Shown: positions 28,441-40,912, numbered from the stretch's first letter. The stretch: 64,000 bases of DNA from Rhodocyclaceae bacterium (GCA_035565355.1 DATMSM010000044.1:7373-71372), one strand, 5' to 3'. The notes: generated by a model from the letters alone, not told the origin. Numbers and translations are program-made.

Positions 28441-28629
28441 ATGCCCACTTTCAACGTTCAGATTTTCGAAGGCCGCACGCTCGAAGAGAAGCGCGAGTTC
28501 GTCAAAGCCATCACCGAAGCCAGCTGCCGCACCATAGGCTGCACGCCGGAATCCGTGGATGTCATCATCACCGAACTGAAGAAGGAGCACTGGGCCACCG
28601 GCGGCGTGCTCTGGTCGGACCGATCCTGA
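28441..28629 (+). CDS. 4-oxalocrotonate tautomerase-family protein
   Basis: MPTFNVQIFEGRTLEEKREFVKAITEA with catalytic Pro1. 62 aa. Confidence 0.85.
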   Translation: MPTFNVQIFEGRTLEEKREFVKAITEASCRTIGCTPESVDVIITELKKEHWATGGVLWSDRS

Positions 28630-28646
28630 CACCCACGCTACGTAAT

Positions 28647-28689
28647 AAAAAGCGGAGCCTAAGTTAAGAACCTAGGCTCCGCTTTTTAT
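28647..28689. terminator. Bidirectional rho-independent terminator
   Basis: Stem AGCGGAGCCT / AGGCTCCGCT with A-run and T-run flanks, between convergent genes. Confidence 0.7.
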
Positions 28690-28778
28690 TGCCTGTCTAT
28701 TGAGGGAGGCGGGCACAAGCACGATGAACCCTAGCTCCCCCTCCCCGAGGGAAAGGGGCTAGGACTCAGGCTTGCCTG

Positions 28779-29660
28779 TCACCACTCGATCTCCATCCCC
28801 TCGCGCGCCAGCACGACCTCTGGCCCGTTCGCAGGCACCCGCGTCAGCATGTCGGCAAACACCTTTTCCAGTTCCTCGTCGCTACGCGTCGGCTCATGGT
28901 GGGTACAAATCAGCTTCTTGGCGCCGACCCGGTAGGCCAGCTCCAGGCTGTTGTCAAAAGTACCGTGCCCCCAGCCCACCTTGGACGGATATTCGGCCGT
29001 GGTGTATGAACAGTCCATGACCAGCACATCCACGCCCTGCAAAAAAGCGTCGAGCTCGGCCTGACGTGCATCGATCATGGCCTGGTACTCGTCGTAGTCA
29101 GCATCCCCGGGTGTGTAGATATTGGTCCAGGGCTCATGGTCACCGCTGAAGAACATCGACTTTCCCTGGCATTCGACACGGTAGCCGAAGTTGGTGACTG
29201 GGTGGTTCAGCAAGGTATTGCACACGGCCGCATCGCCGACAATTACGGTCTCGCCTATCGCCAGCGTCTGATATTCGATTGCCGCGCGCAACTCCGCCTC
29301 GCGCACCGGAAAATAGCTGTACTGCAACTGCACATTCATGATCTGCTCGATGCCACTGCCGGAAACAAAATCGTAGGCGCCATGGATCTTGGCCTTGTTG
29401 CCGGGGATATAGAGCGGGGTAAAGAAGGGCAGGCCCTGGATATGGTCCCAGTGCGTGTGGGTGATGAAGATATTGGCGCTGACCGGTAATTGCTTGAGCA
29501 GGGACTGAGCTAGCGGAAAGATGCCAGTCCCGGCATCGAAGATAAGCAGCTCGCCCGCATCGCTGCGCACCTCGATACAGGTCGTGTTGCCGCCATAGCG
29601 CGCGGTATGCGGGCCAGGCGACGCAATCGAACCGCGTACGCCCCAGAAACGAATCTTCAT
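28779..29660 (-). CDS. MBL-fold metallo-hydrolase
   Basis: MKIRFWGVRGS... and the THTHWDH motif (HxHxDH). Confidence 0.8.
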   Translation of the reverse strand: MKIRFWGVRGSIASPGPHTARYGGNTTCIEVRSDAGELLIFDAGTGIFPLAQSLLKQLPVSANIFITHTHWDHIQGLPFFTPLYIPGNKAKIHGAYDFVSGSGIEQIMNVQLQYSYFPVREAELRAAIEYQTLAIGETVIVGDAAVCNTLLNHPVTNFGYRVECQGKSMFFSGDHEPWTNIYTPGDADYDEYQAMIDARQAELDAFLQGVDVLVMDCSYTTAEYPSKVGWGHGTFDNSLELAYRVGAKKLICTHHEPTRSDEELEKVFADMLTRVPANGPEVVLAREGMEIEW

Positions 29661-29679
29661 ACTGCGACTATCCTCCGCA

Positions 29680-30543
29680 TTATTCCGCCTCGACCTGGGC
29701 AAAACTGCGTGCCTCGGCCACAAACTTGTCGATATCCCCCAGGCTGGCGATCACGGCTTCCAGATCGGTGCCGAAGCGCTGCGGTGCAATCGCCCCCTCG
29801 CCCAGGCGATAGGGATTGCCGGCATCACCGAATTGACGATAACGGCAGATCTGATCGGCCATGCGCAGACAATCGCCCATTGCATTCTGCCCAGCCTCGC
29901 TGTGGTGATTACGAATGCACTCGACCAAGGAGGGCGGAAACTGCCAACGTTCAGCCAGCATGGAACCGACTACGGTGTGATCCGCGCCGATGACAGCGGC
30001 CTCGGCGACATGCAACTGCACATTGTGCGCCGCGCAGTAATCCAGTGCCTCACGAAACTCCGTCGGCATGAACTGGGCAAACACCACTTTGCCGAAATCA
30101 TGCAGCAATCCGGCGATATAACAGTCACCGGGGTCCAACTCGCCCGCAAGCTGGTGGCTGGCCAACGCACGAGCAATCGAGGCCACGGTCAGCGAATGCA
30201 TCAGGTATTTCTGCACGTCAAAGCCGGCTGCATTCGTGCGCGGCAGGATACCCACCGCCGCAAACGACAGTGCCATATTCTTGACGGTATTGAGGCCCAG
30301 ATAGACGACAGACTGATTGATCGACGTCATTTTGCTGGGCAGCGAGAAGGCCGCGGAATTGATGACCTTGAGGATCTTGACCGTCATCACCGGATCCTTC
30401 TCGATGACGCCGACCAGCTCCCGCGGCAGGCAATTGATGTTGCGCGTCAGCTCAAGCACCTTCTGCACGCTCTTGGGAAAGGCGGGCATGCGTTCGACGG
30501 CGGCACCAAGCTTCTTTTCGACGTCCGGAGAAATCTGGCTCAC
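29680..30543 (-). CDS. HDOD domain-containing signalling protein
   Basis: [15 protein letters not shown]...AGLLHDFGK pattern is typical of HDOD. Confidence 0.8.
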   Translation of the reverse strand: MSQISPDVEKKLGAAVERMPAFPKSVQKVLELTRNINCLPRELVGVIEKDPVMTVKILKVINSAAFSLPSKMTSINQSVVYLGLNTVKNMALSFAAVGILPRTNAAGFDVQKYLMHSLTVASIARALASHQLAGELDPGDCYIAGLLHDFGKVVFAQFMPTEFREALDYCAAHNVQLHVAEAAVIGADHTVVGSMLAERWQFPPSLVECIRNHHSEAGQNAMGDCLRMADQICRYRQFGDAGNPYRLGEGAIAPQRFGTDLEAVIASLGDIDKFVAEARSFAQVEAE

Positions 30544-30647
30544 GGGCAGTTTTCCGATGCGGGATGGCGCATTATAAAGTCAGGCACTATTCACAGGCCC
30601 GGGCACAGATGCGAAAATCCCGCCCACCCAGCCGAAATAACAACACG

Positions 30648-31439
30648 ATGATTCCCTTCTCCGACCTGCCCCTGCCGCATCGCCCCGCCGAACCGGGCAC
30701 CGTCTATCTGGTCGGCGCCGGCCCCGGCCACCCGGAACTGCTGACCGTGCGTGCAGCGCGCCTACTTGCCCAGGCCGATGCACTTGCTTACGATCACTTG
30801 GTCGCCCCGGAAATCATCGCCATGGCGCCAGCCCATGCCGAACGCATCTATGTCGGCAAGGAACGCAATCAGCACACCCTGCCGCAAGACGATCTTAACC
30901 TGCTGCTGGTGAAGCTGGCCAAGGCCGGCAAGCGCGTGGTGCGGCTCAAAGGTGGCGATCCCTACATCTTCGGGCGCGGCGGTGAAGAGGCAGAAATCCT
31001 GGCCGCGCACGGAGTGCCTTTTGAGGTCGTGCCCGGCGTCACCGCGGCCGCCGGCGTCGCCGCCTACGCCGGCATTCCGCTGACCCATCGCGAGCATGCC
31101 CAAGCCTGTGTCCTAGTCACCGGCCACCTCAAGGATGGCAGCGCCGACCTGGACTGGGTGGGACTGGCGCGCAAGGAACAGACGGTGGTCATCTACATGG
31201 GACTGCAAGGCCTGCCGACGCTGTGCACTCGCCTGATCGAACATGGCCTACCCAGCGACTGGCCGGCCGCCATTGTCCAGCAGGGCACAACCGCACGGCA
31301 AAGAACGGTGGTGGGTACACTCAGCACCTTGCCCGCGCTGGCCGAAGCGGCGCAGCTCAAGGCACCCACGCTGATCGTCATCGGCAGTGTGGTCAGCCTG
31401 CGCGAGAAGCTGGCCTGGCTGGACGAACCGGCGCTATAA
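30648..31439 (+). CDS. cobA: Uroporphyrinogen-III C-methyltransferase
   Basis: [22 protein letters not shown]...[16 protein letters not shown]. Start set at MIPFSDL. Confidence 0.9.
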   Translation: MIPFSDLPLPHRPAEPGTVYLVGAGPGHPELLTVRAARLLAQADALAYDHLVAPEIIAMAPAHAERIYVGKERNQHTLPQDDLNLLLVKLAKAGKRVVRLKGGDPYIFGRGGEEAEILAAHGVPFEVVPGVTAAAGVAAYAGIPLTHREHAQACVLVTGHLKDGSADLDWVGLARKEQTVVIYMGLQGLPTLCTRLIEHGLPSDWPAAIVQQGTTARQRTVVGTLSTLPALAEAAQLKAPTLIVIGSVVSLREKLAWLDEPAL

Positions 31440-31462
31440 AGTAGTCGCGCAGCCCCACAAGC

Positions 31463-31495
31463 AAAAAAGCCTCACCGATCGGTGAGGCTTTTTTA
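31463..31495. terminator. Bidirectional rho-independent terminator
   Basis: Stem AGCCTCACC / GGTGAGGCT with A6 upstream and T6 downstream. Confidence 0.75.
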
Positions 31496-31510
31496 GCGGA
31501 CATGTACCAA

Positions 31511-32119
31511 TCAGACGCTGATGGTGTTTTCGTTGATCGCCCAGATTTCGCGGTAGGCGCCGGCCAGCTTGATGAGTTGCGTATACGGCACCGGCTTGTG
31601 GAACACCGACACGCCGGGCGGCAGGCCGCCGCGACTTTCGATCTCGGACGGCTCCAGCGCGGTCGCCACAACAATTTGCATGGGCTTGGCCAAGGCACGC
31701 TTGGTCAGCGTTTCCAACATGCCGAAACCATCAATGCCCGGCATCACCAGGTCAGTCACCAGCAGGTCCGGCTGTTGCTCGCCAATCAGCAGCAAAGCTT
31801 CGTAGCCCGACTCGGCGGTACGCACATTGACGCGCTGCTTGCCCATACGCACCAGCACGGTCTGGTACATCTCGCGCTGAACGGGGTCATCCTCGACCAC
31901 CAGGATCTCGAAACGATGAACCGGAATCGCCAGCTCGGCACGGCGACGAGCCAGCACTTCGTCAACTGAGGTACGCAGGATGCGGCGGTGACCGCCCGGC
32001 GTCTTCCAGGCCTTCAGACGGCCCTCTTCCACCCATATCTGCGCTGTGCGCACACTGATACCAAGGGCCAAGGCGGCCTCACGCGTCGAGCATGTTTCTT
32101 CCGGATTACGGATGTCCAT
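31511..32119 (-). CDS. Response regulator with an N-terminal excisionase/MerR-type HTH and a C-terminal receiver
   Basis: STREAALALGISVRTAQIWVEEGRL HTH, then ILVVEDD...LLVTDLVMPGIDG...HKP receiver motifs. Confidence 0.8.
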   Translation of the reverse strand: MDIRNPEETCSTREAALALGISVRTAQIWVEEGRLKAWKTPGGHRRILRTSVDEVLARRRAELAIPVHRFEILVVEDDPVQREMYQTVLVRMGKQRVNVRTAESGYEALLLIGEQQPDLLVTDLVMPGIDGFGMLETLTKRALAKPMQIVVATALEPSEIESRGGLPPGVSVFHKPVPYTQLIKLAGAYREIWAINENTISV

Positions 32120-32310
32120 TGGGGTCTCCAGATTTCAGTTTTTTCGATAATAGCATTTGAACGAGAAACAAGAAAGCCCCCATGGCCTTGTCATGGAAGC
32201 TCAAATTGCAAGCAAATGCTAGATGGAATTCGCGCACCCTACCCTGGCGCCAGGAAGTCGCATTTAGCCCATTTGCGAGTCAGGCGAGAATTATCAGCGG
32301 GGAGGGTTTG

Positions 32311-32348
32311 AAAAAAGAAAAAGGGCCATCGGGTAGATGGCCCTTTTT
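32311..32348 (-). terminator. Rho-independent terminator downstream of tRNA-Pro (also usable from the plus strand)
   Basis: Stem GGGCCATC / GATGGCCC with a long A-run on the plus strand (a U-run on the minus transcript) and T5 on the other side. Confidence 0.7.
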
Positions 32349-32389
32349 GCGGGAAGTTCAAGCTGCGTCGTTTGTACTACCCGAATTTT

Positions 32390-32467
<78 letters not shown>

Positions 32468-32478
32468 CAAGCTTGAAA

Positions 32479-32874
32479 TTATACCAGAGGACGCGCCGGC
32501 AAACGCAGCATCTCGATGATGTTTGCAAGTTCCGCGCGCAAACTCGGCAGTGCCGACTCGGCCTCGGATTTATGCTCACGCAGATTGTGCGGCTCATCGA
32601 GGCGATTGCGTGCACCGCTGATGGTGAAGCCCTCCTGGTAAAGCAATTCGCGGATACGCCGCACCAGCAGCACTTCGTGGTGCTGGTAGTAGCGCCGGTT
32701 GCCGCGACGCTTGACCGGCTTGAGCTGCGTGAACTCCTGCTCCCAGTAGCGCAGCACATGCGGCTTGACGCCGCACAACTCGCTCACTTCACCGATCGTG
32801 AAGTAGCGCTTCGCCGGGATAGGCGGCAACTCCTGCAATTCACTGGACGGCGTTTGCATGATCCAGCGTTTCAA
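32479..32874 (-). CDS. MerR-family transcriptional regulator
   Basis: [28 protein letters not shown]. Sits directly downstream of ihfA. Confidence 0.8.
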   Translation of the reverse strand: MKRWIMQTPSSELQELPPIPAKRYFTIGEVSELCGVKPHVLRYWEQEFTQLKPVKRRGNRRYYQHHEVLLVRRIRELLYQEGFTISGARNRLDEPHNLREHKSEAESALPSLRAELANIIEMLRLPARPLV

Positions 32875-33145
32875 CCGCGAGCTTGAGCTTCTGGCTGGCG
32901 TGGAAGGTCACCACGCGCCGTGCGGTGATCGGAATCTCTTCCCCGGTCTTGGGGTTGCGGCCCGGCCGCTGCGGCTTATCGCGCAGCTGGAAATTACCGA
33001 ACCCGGAAAGCTTGACGCTGTCACCGCTTTCGAGGGCGATGCGAATCTCGTCGAAGAATGCTTCCACCATGTCCTTGGCTTCGCGTTTGTTGAGCCCGAC
33101 CTTCTCAAACAAAAGATCGGCCAGTTCTGCCTTGGTCAATGTCAT
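32840..33145 (-). CDS. ihfA: Integration host factor subunit alpha
   Basis: [34 protein letters not shown]...[26 protein letters not shown]. Confidence 0.93.
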   Translation of the reverse strand: MTLTKAELADLLFEKVGLNKREAKDMVEAFFDEIRIALESGDSVKLSGFGNFQLRDKPQRPGRNPKTGEEIPITARRVVTFHASQKLKLAVETLDHANAVQ

Positions 33146-33206
33146 TCTGACTCCCTGGTCATTATTTGTTTTTGGGACCCCCAGGAGGCTCCCCTCCCAT
33201 ACTGCT

Positions 33207-35582
33207 TCAGGCGCGCAATTCGGCGCCGAGTTGCTGCGCCGCTGCGACCAGTTTTTCGATCGCTGCATCGACTTCGGCGTCTGCAAGAGTCTTGCGAGTA
33301 TCTTGCATAACTACCCGAAATGCAAGGCTTTTTTTCCCTTCTTCGAGTCCCTTGCCTTGATAAAGGTCGAACAGATTGACGCCCTTGACGATGTCATCAG
33401 CCGCCTGCTTCAAGCCATCCAGCAAGGTTTGCAGCGAGGTTTCCTGCGCCACGACGAAGGCCAGATCGCGTTCGACAACGGGGAAACGGGAAACGCTGCC
33501 GTAGTTCGGCATGGGAGCCGCCAGCAGCGCCGGCAGCTCTAGCTCAAAGACGACGGGCGCGGCGCCAAGCTCGTATTTCTGCGCCCATTCCGGATGCAAT
33601 TCGCCGACCACGCCGATGCGTTCACCATTCAGTAACACAGCGGCGCTACGCCCCGGATGCAGGGCTGGGTGCACGATCTTCTCGAAGCGCAGGGTTTGAC
33701 CGGCGAACAAGGCCTCGACATCGCCCTTCACGTCGAAAAAGTCTACGTTGCGCGACTTGCTGCCCCATTGCTCAGGATCAGCAGGGCCAGCCGCCAGGCC
33801 CGCCACGCGCAGCGGCTGCGTAAAGCCGGGCACGGGCGTTCCAGAAGCATCGCGCCAGAAACAGCGACCGATCTCGAACACGCGCACGCGGCTGGTGCGG
33901 CGTTTGAGGTTGAAGGAGAGCGTATTCACGAGGCCACCGATCAGCGTGGTGCGCATGACGCCCATCTGGCTGGCAATCGGGTTGGCAAGCACGATGGGCT
34001 TGTCATTGCCGGCGAAATCCTTTTCCCAGGCGGTCTCGACGAAGCTGAAGTTCACCACTTCCTGATAGTCGCGCTCGGCCACCAGGCGACGTACCTGCAT
34101 AGGCGTACGCTGCATTTCCGGCAGCGGCAGCATGGCCACGCGATTGTCCGGGGCCGGCGCGGGAATATTGTCGTAGCCGTAAAGACGGGCAACTTCCTCG
34201 ATCAGATCCTCTTCGATTTCCATGTCGAAGCGATGCGCCGGCGGCGTCACCACGAAGGTATCGCCGTCCGCAGTCCACGGGAAACGCAAGTGCTTGAGCT
34301 GGGTCTCCACGGTCCCGCGCGCGAAGTCCATGCCGATGACTTTGCTGAGACGGGCCAAACGCAGGCGCAGCGGCTGGCGCTTGGGCAAATCGGCCTCCGA
34401 CACCATCTCGACCACCGGACCGGCAGCACCGCCGCAGATTTCCAGTACCAGCTGCGTGGCGCGCTCCAGGGCGTCGACCTGGCGGCTGAAATCCACGCCG
34501 CGTTCGAAACGATAGGAGGAGTCGGTCGAGAAATTCAGTGCGCGTGCCTTACCAGCGATCACCTCGGGTGCAAAGAAGGCACTCTCAAGGAAAATTTCGG
34601 TGGTTGCCGTGGTGACGCCACTCTCCTCGCCACCCATGATGCCACCCAGCGCCAGCGCACGCGCTTCGTCGGCGATCAGCACAGAATCGGCATCCGGCGC
34701 AATGGTGTTGCCGTTCAGCAATTGCAGCTGCTCGCCGGCCTTGGGCAGACGCACGTGAATCGCACCCGACAGCTTCGCGTTGTCGAAGGCATGCATGGGC
34801 TGGCCCTGCTCGAGCAGCACATAGTTGGTGATGTCGACAATCACGGAGATGGAGCGGATGCCGCTGCGCGCCAGGCGCTGGACCATCCACCCCGGCGTGA
34901 CGGCCGCGGCATTGACGCCGCTGACCACTCGACCGGCGTAGCGCGGGCAGTGCTGTTTTGCCTCAACGACGACAGCACGCGTCTTGTCGCTGCTCACGGC
35001 GGCCGGCTTAATTTCAGGCGCGGTCAGATCGCAACCGGTCAGCGCAGCGACTTCGCGCGCAATACCGAGGATGGACAGACAGTCGGCACGGTTAGGCGTG
35101 AGCTTGAGGGTGAACAGCTTATCGTCGAGTCCGAGATAATCGCGGATATCCGTACCGACCGGCGCGTCAGCCGGCAGTACCAGGAGGCCGTCGCTCTCTT
35201 CGGCGATCCCCAACTCCTTGGCCGAGCACAGCATGCCGAAGCTTTCGACATCGCGAACCTTGGCCGCCTTGATATTGAAGTCACCCGGCAGTTGGGCGCC
35301 AACCAGTGCGCACGGCACCTTGAGACCCACGGCTGCATTGGGGGCGCCGCAGACGATCTGCAGCACTTCGCCACCGACATTGACGGTGGTGAGGCGCAGC
35401 TTATCGGCATTCGGATGTTTTTCAGCGGTCAGGATTTCGCCGACGACCACCTTGTTGAAGGCCGGCGCAGCGGGATCGAGCTCTTCCAGCTCAAGACCGG
35501 CCATGGTCAGCAAGTGGCCCAGCTCATCGCTGGTGAGCTTGGGGTTTACAAAACTACGCAGCCAGTTTTCCGAGAATTGCAT
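33207..35582 (-). CDS. pheT: Phenylalanine--tRNA ligase beta subunit
   Basis: [14 protein letters not shown] start. 791 aa. Sits directly after pheS. Confidence 0.97.
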   Translation of the reverse strand: MQFSENWLRSFVNPKLTSDELGHLLTMAGLELEELDPAAPAFNKVVVGEILTAEKHPNADKLRLTTVNVGGEVLQIVCGAPNAAVGLKVPCALVGAQLPGDFNIKAAKVRDVESFGMLCSAKELGIAEESDGLLVLPADAPVGTDIRDYLGLDDKLFTLKLTPNRADCLSILGIAREVAALTGCDLTAPEIKPAAVSSDKTRAVVVEAKQHCPRYAGRVVSGVNAAAVTPGWMVQRLARSGIRSISVIVDITNYVLLEQGQPMHAFDNAKLSGAIHVRLPKAGEQLQLLNGNTIAPDADSVLIADEARALALGGIMGGEESGVTTATTEIFLESAFFAPEVIAGKARALNFSTDSSYRFERGVDFSRQVDALERATQLVLEICGGAAGPVVEMVSEADLPKRQPLRLRLARLSKVIGMDFARGTVETQLKHLRFPWTADGDTFVVTPPAHRFDMEIEEDLIEEVARLYGYDNIPAPAPDNRVAMLPLPEMQRTPMQVRRLVAERDYQEVVNFSFVETAWEKDFAGNDKPIVLANPIASQMGVMRTTLIGGLVNTLSFNLKRRTSRVRVFEIGRCFWRDASGTPVPGFTQPLRVAGLAAGPADPEQWGSKSRNVDFFDVKGDVEALFAGQTLRFEKIVHPALHPGRSAAVLLNGERIGVVGELHPEWAQKYELGAAPVVFELELPALLAAPMPNYGSVSRFPVVERDLAFVVAQETSLQTLLDGLKQAADDIVKGVNLFDLYQGKGLEEGKKSLAFRVVMQDTRKTLADAEVDAAIEKLVAAAQQLGAELRA

Positions 35583-35611
35583 GCTGAGTTCTTCTACTTG
35601 AATTGGCGGGG

Positions 35612-36721
<1,110 letters not shown>

Positions 36722-36757
36722 TTAGCCCAGACCTCCCTTTTCGTACGCAGCTTTTAA

Positions 36758-37117
36758 TTAAGCAGCGAGTTTGGCCTTGGCTTGGTTGGCAAGGGCGGCA
36801 AAAGCAGCCTTGTCAAACACGGCCAGATCGGCCAGCACCTTGCGATCAACTTCGATCGAGGCCTTCTTCAGACCATTCATCAGGGTGCTGTACTTCATGC
36901 CCAGCTCGCGAGCCGCTGCGTTGATACGAGCGATCCACAGGGCACGGAACTGGCGCTTGCGTTGGCGACGGTCACGGTAGGCGTATTGGCCGGCCTTCAT
37001 CACCGCCTGCTTGGCGACGCGATAGACACGGCTGCGACGACCGCGGTAACCCTTGGCCTGTACAAGAACCTTCTTGTGGCGCGCGCGCGCCGTTACACCA
37101 CGTTTAACTCTTGGCAT
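36758..37117 (-). CDS. rplT: 50S ribosomal protein L20
   Basis: [18 protein letters not shown] start. 119 aa. Confidence 0.97.
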   Translation of the reverse strand: MPRVKRGVTARARHKKVLVQAKGYRGRRSRVYRVAKQAVMKAGQYAYRDRRQRKRQFRALWIARINAAARELGMKYSTLMNGLKKASIEVDRKVLADLAVFDKAAFAALANQAKAKLAA

Positions 37118-37128
37118 GGTCTAACTCC

Positions 37129-37326
37129 TTAAGCGTAGGGCATCATCGCGCGGATGTGGCCGACATCGGCTGCCACAACTGCAGTGGCGCCGCGCAGCTG
37201 GCGCTTCGACTTGGTGGTTTTCTTGGTCAGAATGTGGCGCTTGAACGCCTGACCACGCTTGACGCTACCGCCGGCGCGCACTTTGAAGCGCTTGGCAGCC
37301 CCGCTCTTGGTTTTCATCTTCGGCAT
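37129..37326 (-). CDS. rpmI: 50S ribosomal protein L35
   Basis: [16 protein letters not shown] start. 65 aa. The upstream ORF-track extension was discarded. Confidence 0.95.
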   Translation of the reverse strand: MPKMKTKSGAAKRFKVRAGGSVKRGQAFKRHILTKKTTKSKRQLRGATAVVAADVGHIRAMMPYA

Positions 37327-37495
37327 CGAAGATCTCCTTCTTCTATGGCGACAGGTGACTTCCACCACGGAAGCACTTGGGAACCTGGAACCACGGTATT
37401 TCCGCCGCTGCTTGCGCAAGGACGGGAATTCTTTACTGCTTACTTCTCAAAACTCGTTCCCCGATTTCCGGGGATAAGTAAGGGGATGGGTCCCC

Positions 37496-38014
37496 TTACT
37501 TCTTCTTGGGCGCCAGCATCATCACGAGCTGACGACCTTCCATCTTCGGGAACTGCTCGACGATCGCGATTTCATCGAGATCCGCCTTCACACGTTCCAG
37601 CTGGCGCATACCAATCTCTTGGTGAGCCATTTCACGACCGCGAAAACGCAGCGTGATCTTGGCCTTGTCGCCTTCATTCAAAAACTTCACCAGATTGCGC
37701 ATCTTGATCTGGTAATCGTTCTCGTCCGTACCCGGACGGAACTTGATTTCCTTGACCTGAACCTGCTTCTGCTTCAGCTTGGCTTCGTGCTGGCGCTTGG
37801 CTTCCTGGTACTTGAACTTGCCGAAGTCCATGATGCGACACACGGGCGGCTTCGCCAGCGGCGCGATCTCGACCAGATCAAGTTCGGCCTCTTCGGCCAT
37901 TGCCAAGGCAGCTCGTAAAGACATGATGCCGAGTTGCTCGCTTTCCGGGCCGACCAGACGGACTTCGACCGCGGTTATTTCATCGTTGACGCGTTGCGTC
38001 TTTTCCTGAGCGAT
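37496..38014 (-). CDS. infC: Translation initiation factor IF-3, non-AUG (AUC) start
   Basis: The conserved N-terminus [23 protein letters not shown] lies upstream of the first Met. The in-frame stop TGA is at 38018-38020, and ATC (38012-38014) is the only near-cognate start, 8 nt after a GGAGA. Confidence 0.88.
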   Translation of the reverse strand: MAQEKTQRVNDEITAVEVRLVGPESEQLGIMSLRAALAMAEEAELDLVEIAPLAKPPVCRIMDFGKFKYQEAKRQHEAKLKQKQVQVKEIKFRPGTDENDYQIKMRNLVKFLNEGDKAKITLRFRGREMAHQEIGMRQLERVKADLDEIAIVEQFPKMEGRQLVMMLAPKKK

Positions 38015-38040
38015 GGTTCAGTTCTCCATAAATTCAAAAA

Positions 38041-39957
38041 TCAAGTCACCACGCCCCGGCTGCTTTTCTCTTGCAGCAGGCGTTCAATCAAGGCTTCGGG
38101 AGTCATTTGCCCTAAATCCTGATTGCCGCGGGCACGCACGGCGACCAACCCAGCTTCCTTTTCCTTGTCGCCGATGACGACTTGGTAAGGACGCTTCAAC
38201 AAGCTATGTTCGCGTATTTTATAGTTAATTTTCTCGCTACGCAAATCGCACTCAACGCGGAAGCCTGCCGCACGCAGCTTTTCGGCGACATTCTGAGCAT
38301 ATTCGCCCTGTGCTTCCGAAATGTTAGCAACCACTACCTGCACAGGCGAGAGCCACAGCGGCAGGGCACCGGCATGGTTTTCAATCAATATGCCGATAAA
38401 GCGCTCCAATGAGCCGAGGATCGCGCGATGCAGCATCACCGGAATGTGACGGGCATTGTCTTCGCCCACATATTCGGCGTCGAGGCGGGTCGGCATGGAG
38501 AAGTCCACCTGTACCGTGCCACACTGCCAGGAGCGACCGATCGCGTCCTTGATGTGGAACTCGATCTTGGGACCGTAGAAGGCGCCCTCGCCCGGCAGCT
38601 CTTCCCACTCCAGACCGCTCGCGCGCAGGCCGGAACGCAGCGCATTCTCGGCCTTGTCCCAGACCTCGTCGGAGCCGACGCGGCTGTCCGGGCGCAAAGC
38701 CAGCTTGACCGACACATCGGTAAAGCCGAAGTCCGCATAGACCTTGCGCACCAGCGCATTGAAGGCAGTGACTTCCGGCTCGATCTGGTCGTCGGTGCAG
38801 AAAATGTGGCCATCGTCTTGCGTGAAACCGCGCACGCGCATGATGCCGTGCAGCGCACCCGAGGGTTCATTGCGGTGACAGGAGCCAAACTCGCCGTAAC
38901 GCAGCGGCAACTCCTTGTACGAACGCAGGCCGTCGTTGAAAATCTGGATATGACCGGGGCAGTTCATCGGCTTGACCGCATAGTCGCGGCTTTCCGATTC
39001 GGTCGTGAACATATTGGCCTTGTAGTGCTCCCAGTGACCTGACTTTTCCCACAGGGTCTTGTCGAGAATCTGCGGGCAACGCACTTCCTGATAGCCGTTG
39101 TCGCGATAGACCGCGCGCATGTACTGCTCGACTTCCTGCCACACGGTCCAGCCGTGCGGATGCCAGAACACTAGGCCCGGCGCTTCTTCCTGCAGGTGGA
39201 ACAGATCGAGCTGTTTGCCGAGCTTGCGGTGATCGCGCTTCTCCGCCTCTTCCAGCATGTGCAGGTAGGCGTCGAGCTCATCCTTCTTGGCCCAGGCGGT
39301 GCCGTAGATGCGCTGCAGCTGTTCGTTCTTGGAGTCGCCACGCCAGTAGGCGCCGGCCACCTTCATCAGCTTGAAGGCCTTCAACTTGCCGGTGGACGGC
39401 ACGTGCGGGCCGCGGCACAGATCGATGAAATCGCCTTCTCTATATAGAGAGACATCCTCGTTGGCCGGAATCGCCGCAATCAGCTCGGCCTTGTAGATCT
39501 CGCCGATGCCCTTGAAGAACTCCACCGCCTTGTCGCGCGACCAGACTTCGCGCGTGACCGGCAGATCCTTCTTGGCCAGCTCGGCCATGCGCTTCTCGAT
39601 CGCCTCGAGGTCTTCAGGCGTAAACGGGCGCTTGTAGGCAAAATCGTAGTAGAAGCCGTTTTCGATGACCGGACCGATGGTCACCTGCGCATCCGGAAAC
39701 AACTCCTTGACGGCATAGGCCAACAAGTGAGCGGTCGAGTGGCGGATGGTATCCAGACCTTCGGGGTCCTTGTCGGTGATGATGGCCAGATCCGCATCGT
39801 TCTCGATACGGAAAGAGGTATCGACGACCTTGCCGTCCACCTTGCCGGCGATCGCCGCCTTGGCGAGACCAGGGCCGATCGAGGCGGCCACCTCGGCAAC
39901 TGTCACAGCTTGGTCAAAGCGACGCTCGGAACCATCGGGCAAACGAATCGCGGGCAT
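38041..39957 (-). CDS. thrS: Threonine--tRNA ligase
   Basis: [17 protein letters not shown]-domain start. 638 aa. Class II motifs are present. Confidence 0.97.
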   Translation of the reverse strand: MPAIRLPDGSERRFDQAVTVAEVAASIGPGLAKAAIAGKVDGKVVDTSFRIENDADLAIITDKDPEGLDTIRHSTAHLLAYAVKELFPDAQVTIGPVIENGFYYDFAYKRPFTPEDLEAIEKRMAELAKKDLPVTREVWSRDKAVEFFKGIGEIYKAELIAAIPANEDVSLYREGDFIDLCRGPHVPSTGKLKAFKLMKVAGAYWRGDSKNEQLQRIYGTAWAKKDELDAYLHMLEEAEKRDHRKLGKQLDLFHLQEEAPGLVFWHPHGWTVWQEVEQYMRAVYRDNGYQEVRCPQILDKTLWEKSGHWEHYKANMFTTESESRDYAVKPMNCPGHIQIFNDGLRSYKELPLRYGEFGSCHRNEPSGALHGIMRVRGFTQDDGHIFCTDDQIEPEVTAFNALVRKVYADFGFTDVSVKLALRPDSRVGSDEVWDKAENALRSGLRASGLEWEELPGEGAFYGPKIEFHIKDAIGRSWQCGTVQVDFSMPTRLDAEYVGEDNARHIPVMLHRAILGSLERFIGILIENHAGALPLWLSPVQVVVANISEAQGEYAQNVAEKLRAAGFRVECDLRSEKINYKIREHSLLKRPYQVVIGDKEKEAGLVAVRARGNQDLGQMTPEALIERLLQEKSSRGVVT

Positions 39958-40005
39958 ATGCGGGCCTTTAGGAATTACTGGGTAACGATACGGAAACTAT
40001 GGACG

Positions 40006-40038
40006 AAAAAAAAAGTGCGGGGGTGAGCCGCACTTTTC
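40006..40038 (-). terminator. Rho-independent terminator about 50 nt upstream of thrS and downstream of tRNA-Val
   Basis: The minus strand reads AGTGCGG-ctcaccc-CCGCACT followed by T9. Confidence 0.75.
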
Positions 40039-40182
40039 TTCAGAAGGAACTGAATGAGCCGAACTCCACCCGGGCGTTGTTACGCTGCGGCAAAAGTTCG
40101 AGTTCGGGTCATTCCGATTGCTCCCTCTAGGGCAAACGCCTTAAAAACGAATTAACGATTTTAAAACGTCCTACCAGGATTC

Positions 40183-40259
40183 TGGTAGGCGCGATTGGAC
40201 TCGAACCAACGACCCCCACCATGTCAAGGTGGTGCTCTAACCAGCTGAGCTACGCGCCT
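40183..40259 (-). tRNA. tRNA-Val (anticodon GAC)
   Basis: The reverse complement reads AGGCGCGTAGCTCAGCTGGTTAGAGCACCACCTTGACATGGTGGGGGTCGTTGGTTCGAGTCCAATCGCGCCTACCA. It has anticodon stem CCACC/GGTGG, loop TT-GAC-AT and an encoded CCA. Confidence 0.9.
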
Positions 40260-40370
40260 GCAAAGACGAGCATTATAGGGGATTTTTTCGCGGCGTGGAA
40301 GAACTTCCGAAAATTTTCCGCAGACAAGCAAGGTTTACATCGGCGGAGTACTCCGGTTATATTGCCGCCC

Positions 40371-40886
40371 ATGCGTTTTAAGCCCACCCTGCTCGCGGCC
40401 GTTTTTTCCGCTCTCTCCGTCCTGTCTGCCGCGTCGGCACAGGCGGGCGAAGCCGTTGCCGATGTCTCGGTGCAGGAGAACGCTTCGCTGATGAGTCGCG
40501 CCACCACGTCCATGCAGACAGCGATGGACGACGCGCTGAATCTGATCGGCGTGCGCTACAAGCGCGGCGGGACCTCGCCGGAAACCGGTTTCGATTGCAG
40601 CGGCTTTGTCGTTCACGTCTTCCGTGAAGGCATGGGGCTGATACTCCCGCGCACCTCGCGCGAGATCAGCAAGGAAGGCGCCGTCGTCAAGAAAAACGAG
40701 CTGCAGCCGGGCGACCTGGTGTTCTTCAACACCATGCGCCGCACCTTCTCCCACGTCGGCATTTATCTGGGCGAAGGACAATTCATCCATTCGCCGCGCA
40801 GCGGCGGCAAGGTGCGCATTGAAAACATGCGCGATGCATACTGGGCCAAACGCTACGAAGGGGCTCGCCGCGTCAGCATGGAGTGA
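40371..40886 (+). CDS. NlpC/P60 (C40) peptidoglycan endopeptidase with a signal peptide
   Basis: Signal MRFKPTLLAAVFSALSVLSAASAQA. Catalytic GFDCSGFVVHVF and HVGIYLGEGQFIHSP. The ORF-track start overlapping the tRNA was rejected. Confidence 0.85.
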   Translation: MRFKPTLLAAVFSALSVLSAASAQAGEAVADVSVQENASLMSRATTSMQTAMDDALNLIGVRYKRGGTSPETGFDCSGFVVHVFREGMGLILPRTSREISKEGAVVKKNELQPGDLVFFNTMRRTFSHVGIYLGEGQFIHSPRSGGKVRIENMRDAYWAKRYEGARRVSME

Positions 40887-40912
40887 TCCATTCCCGGATG
40901 TGCCACAGAACA

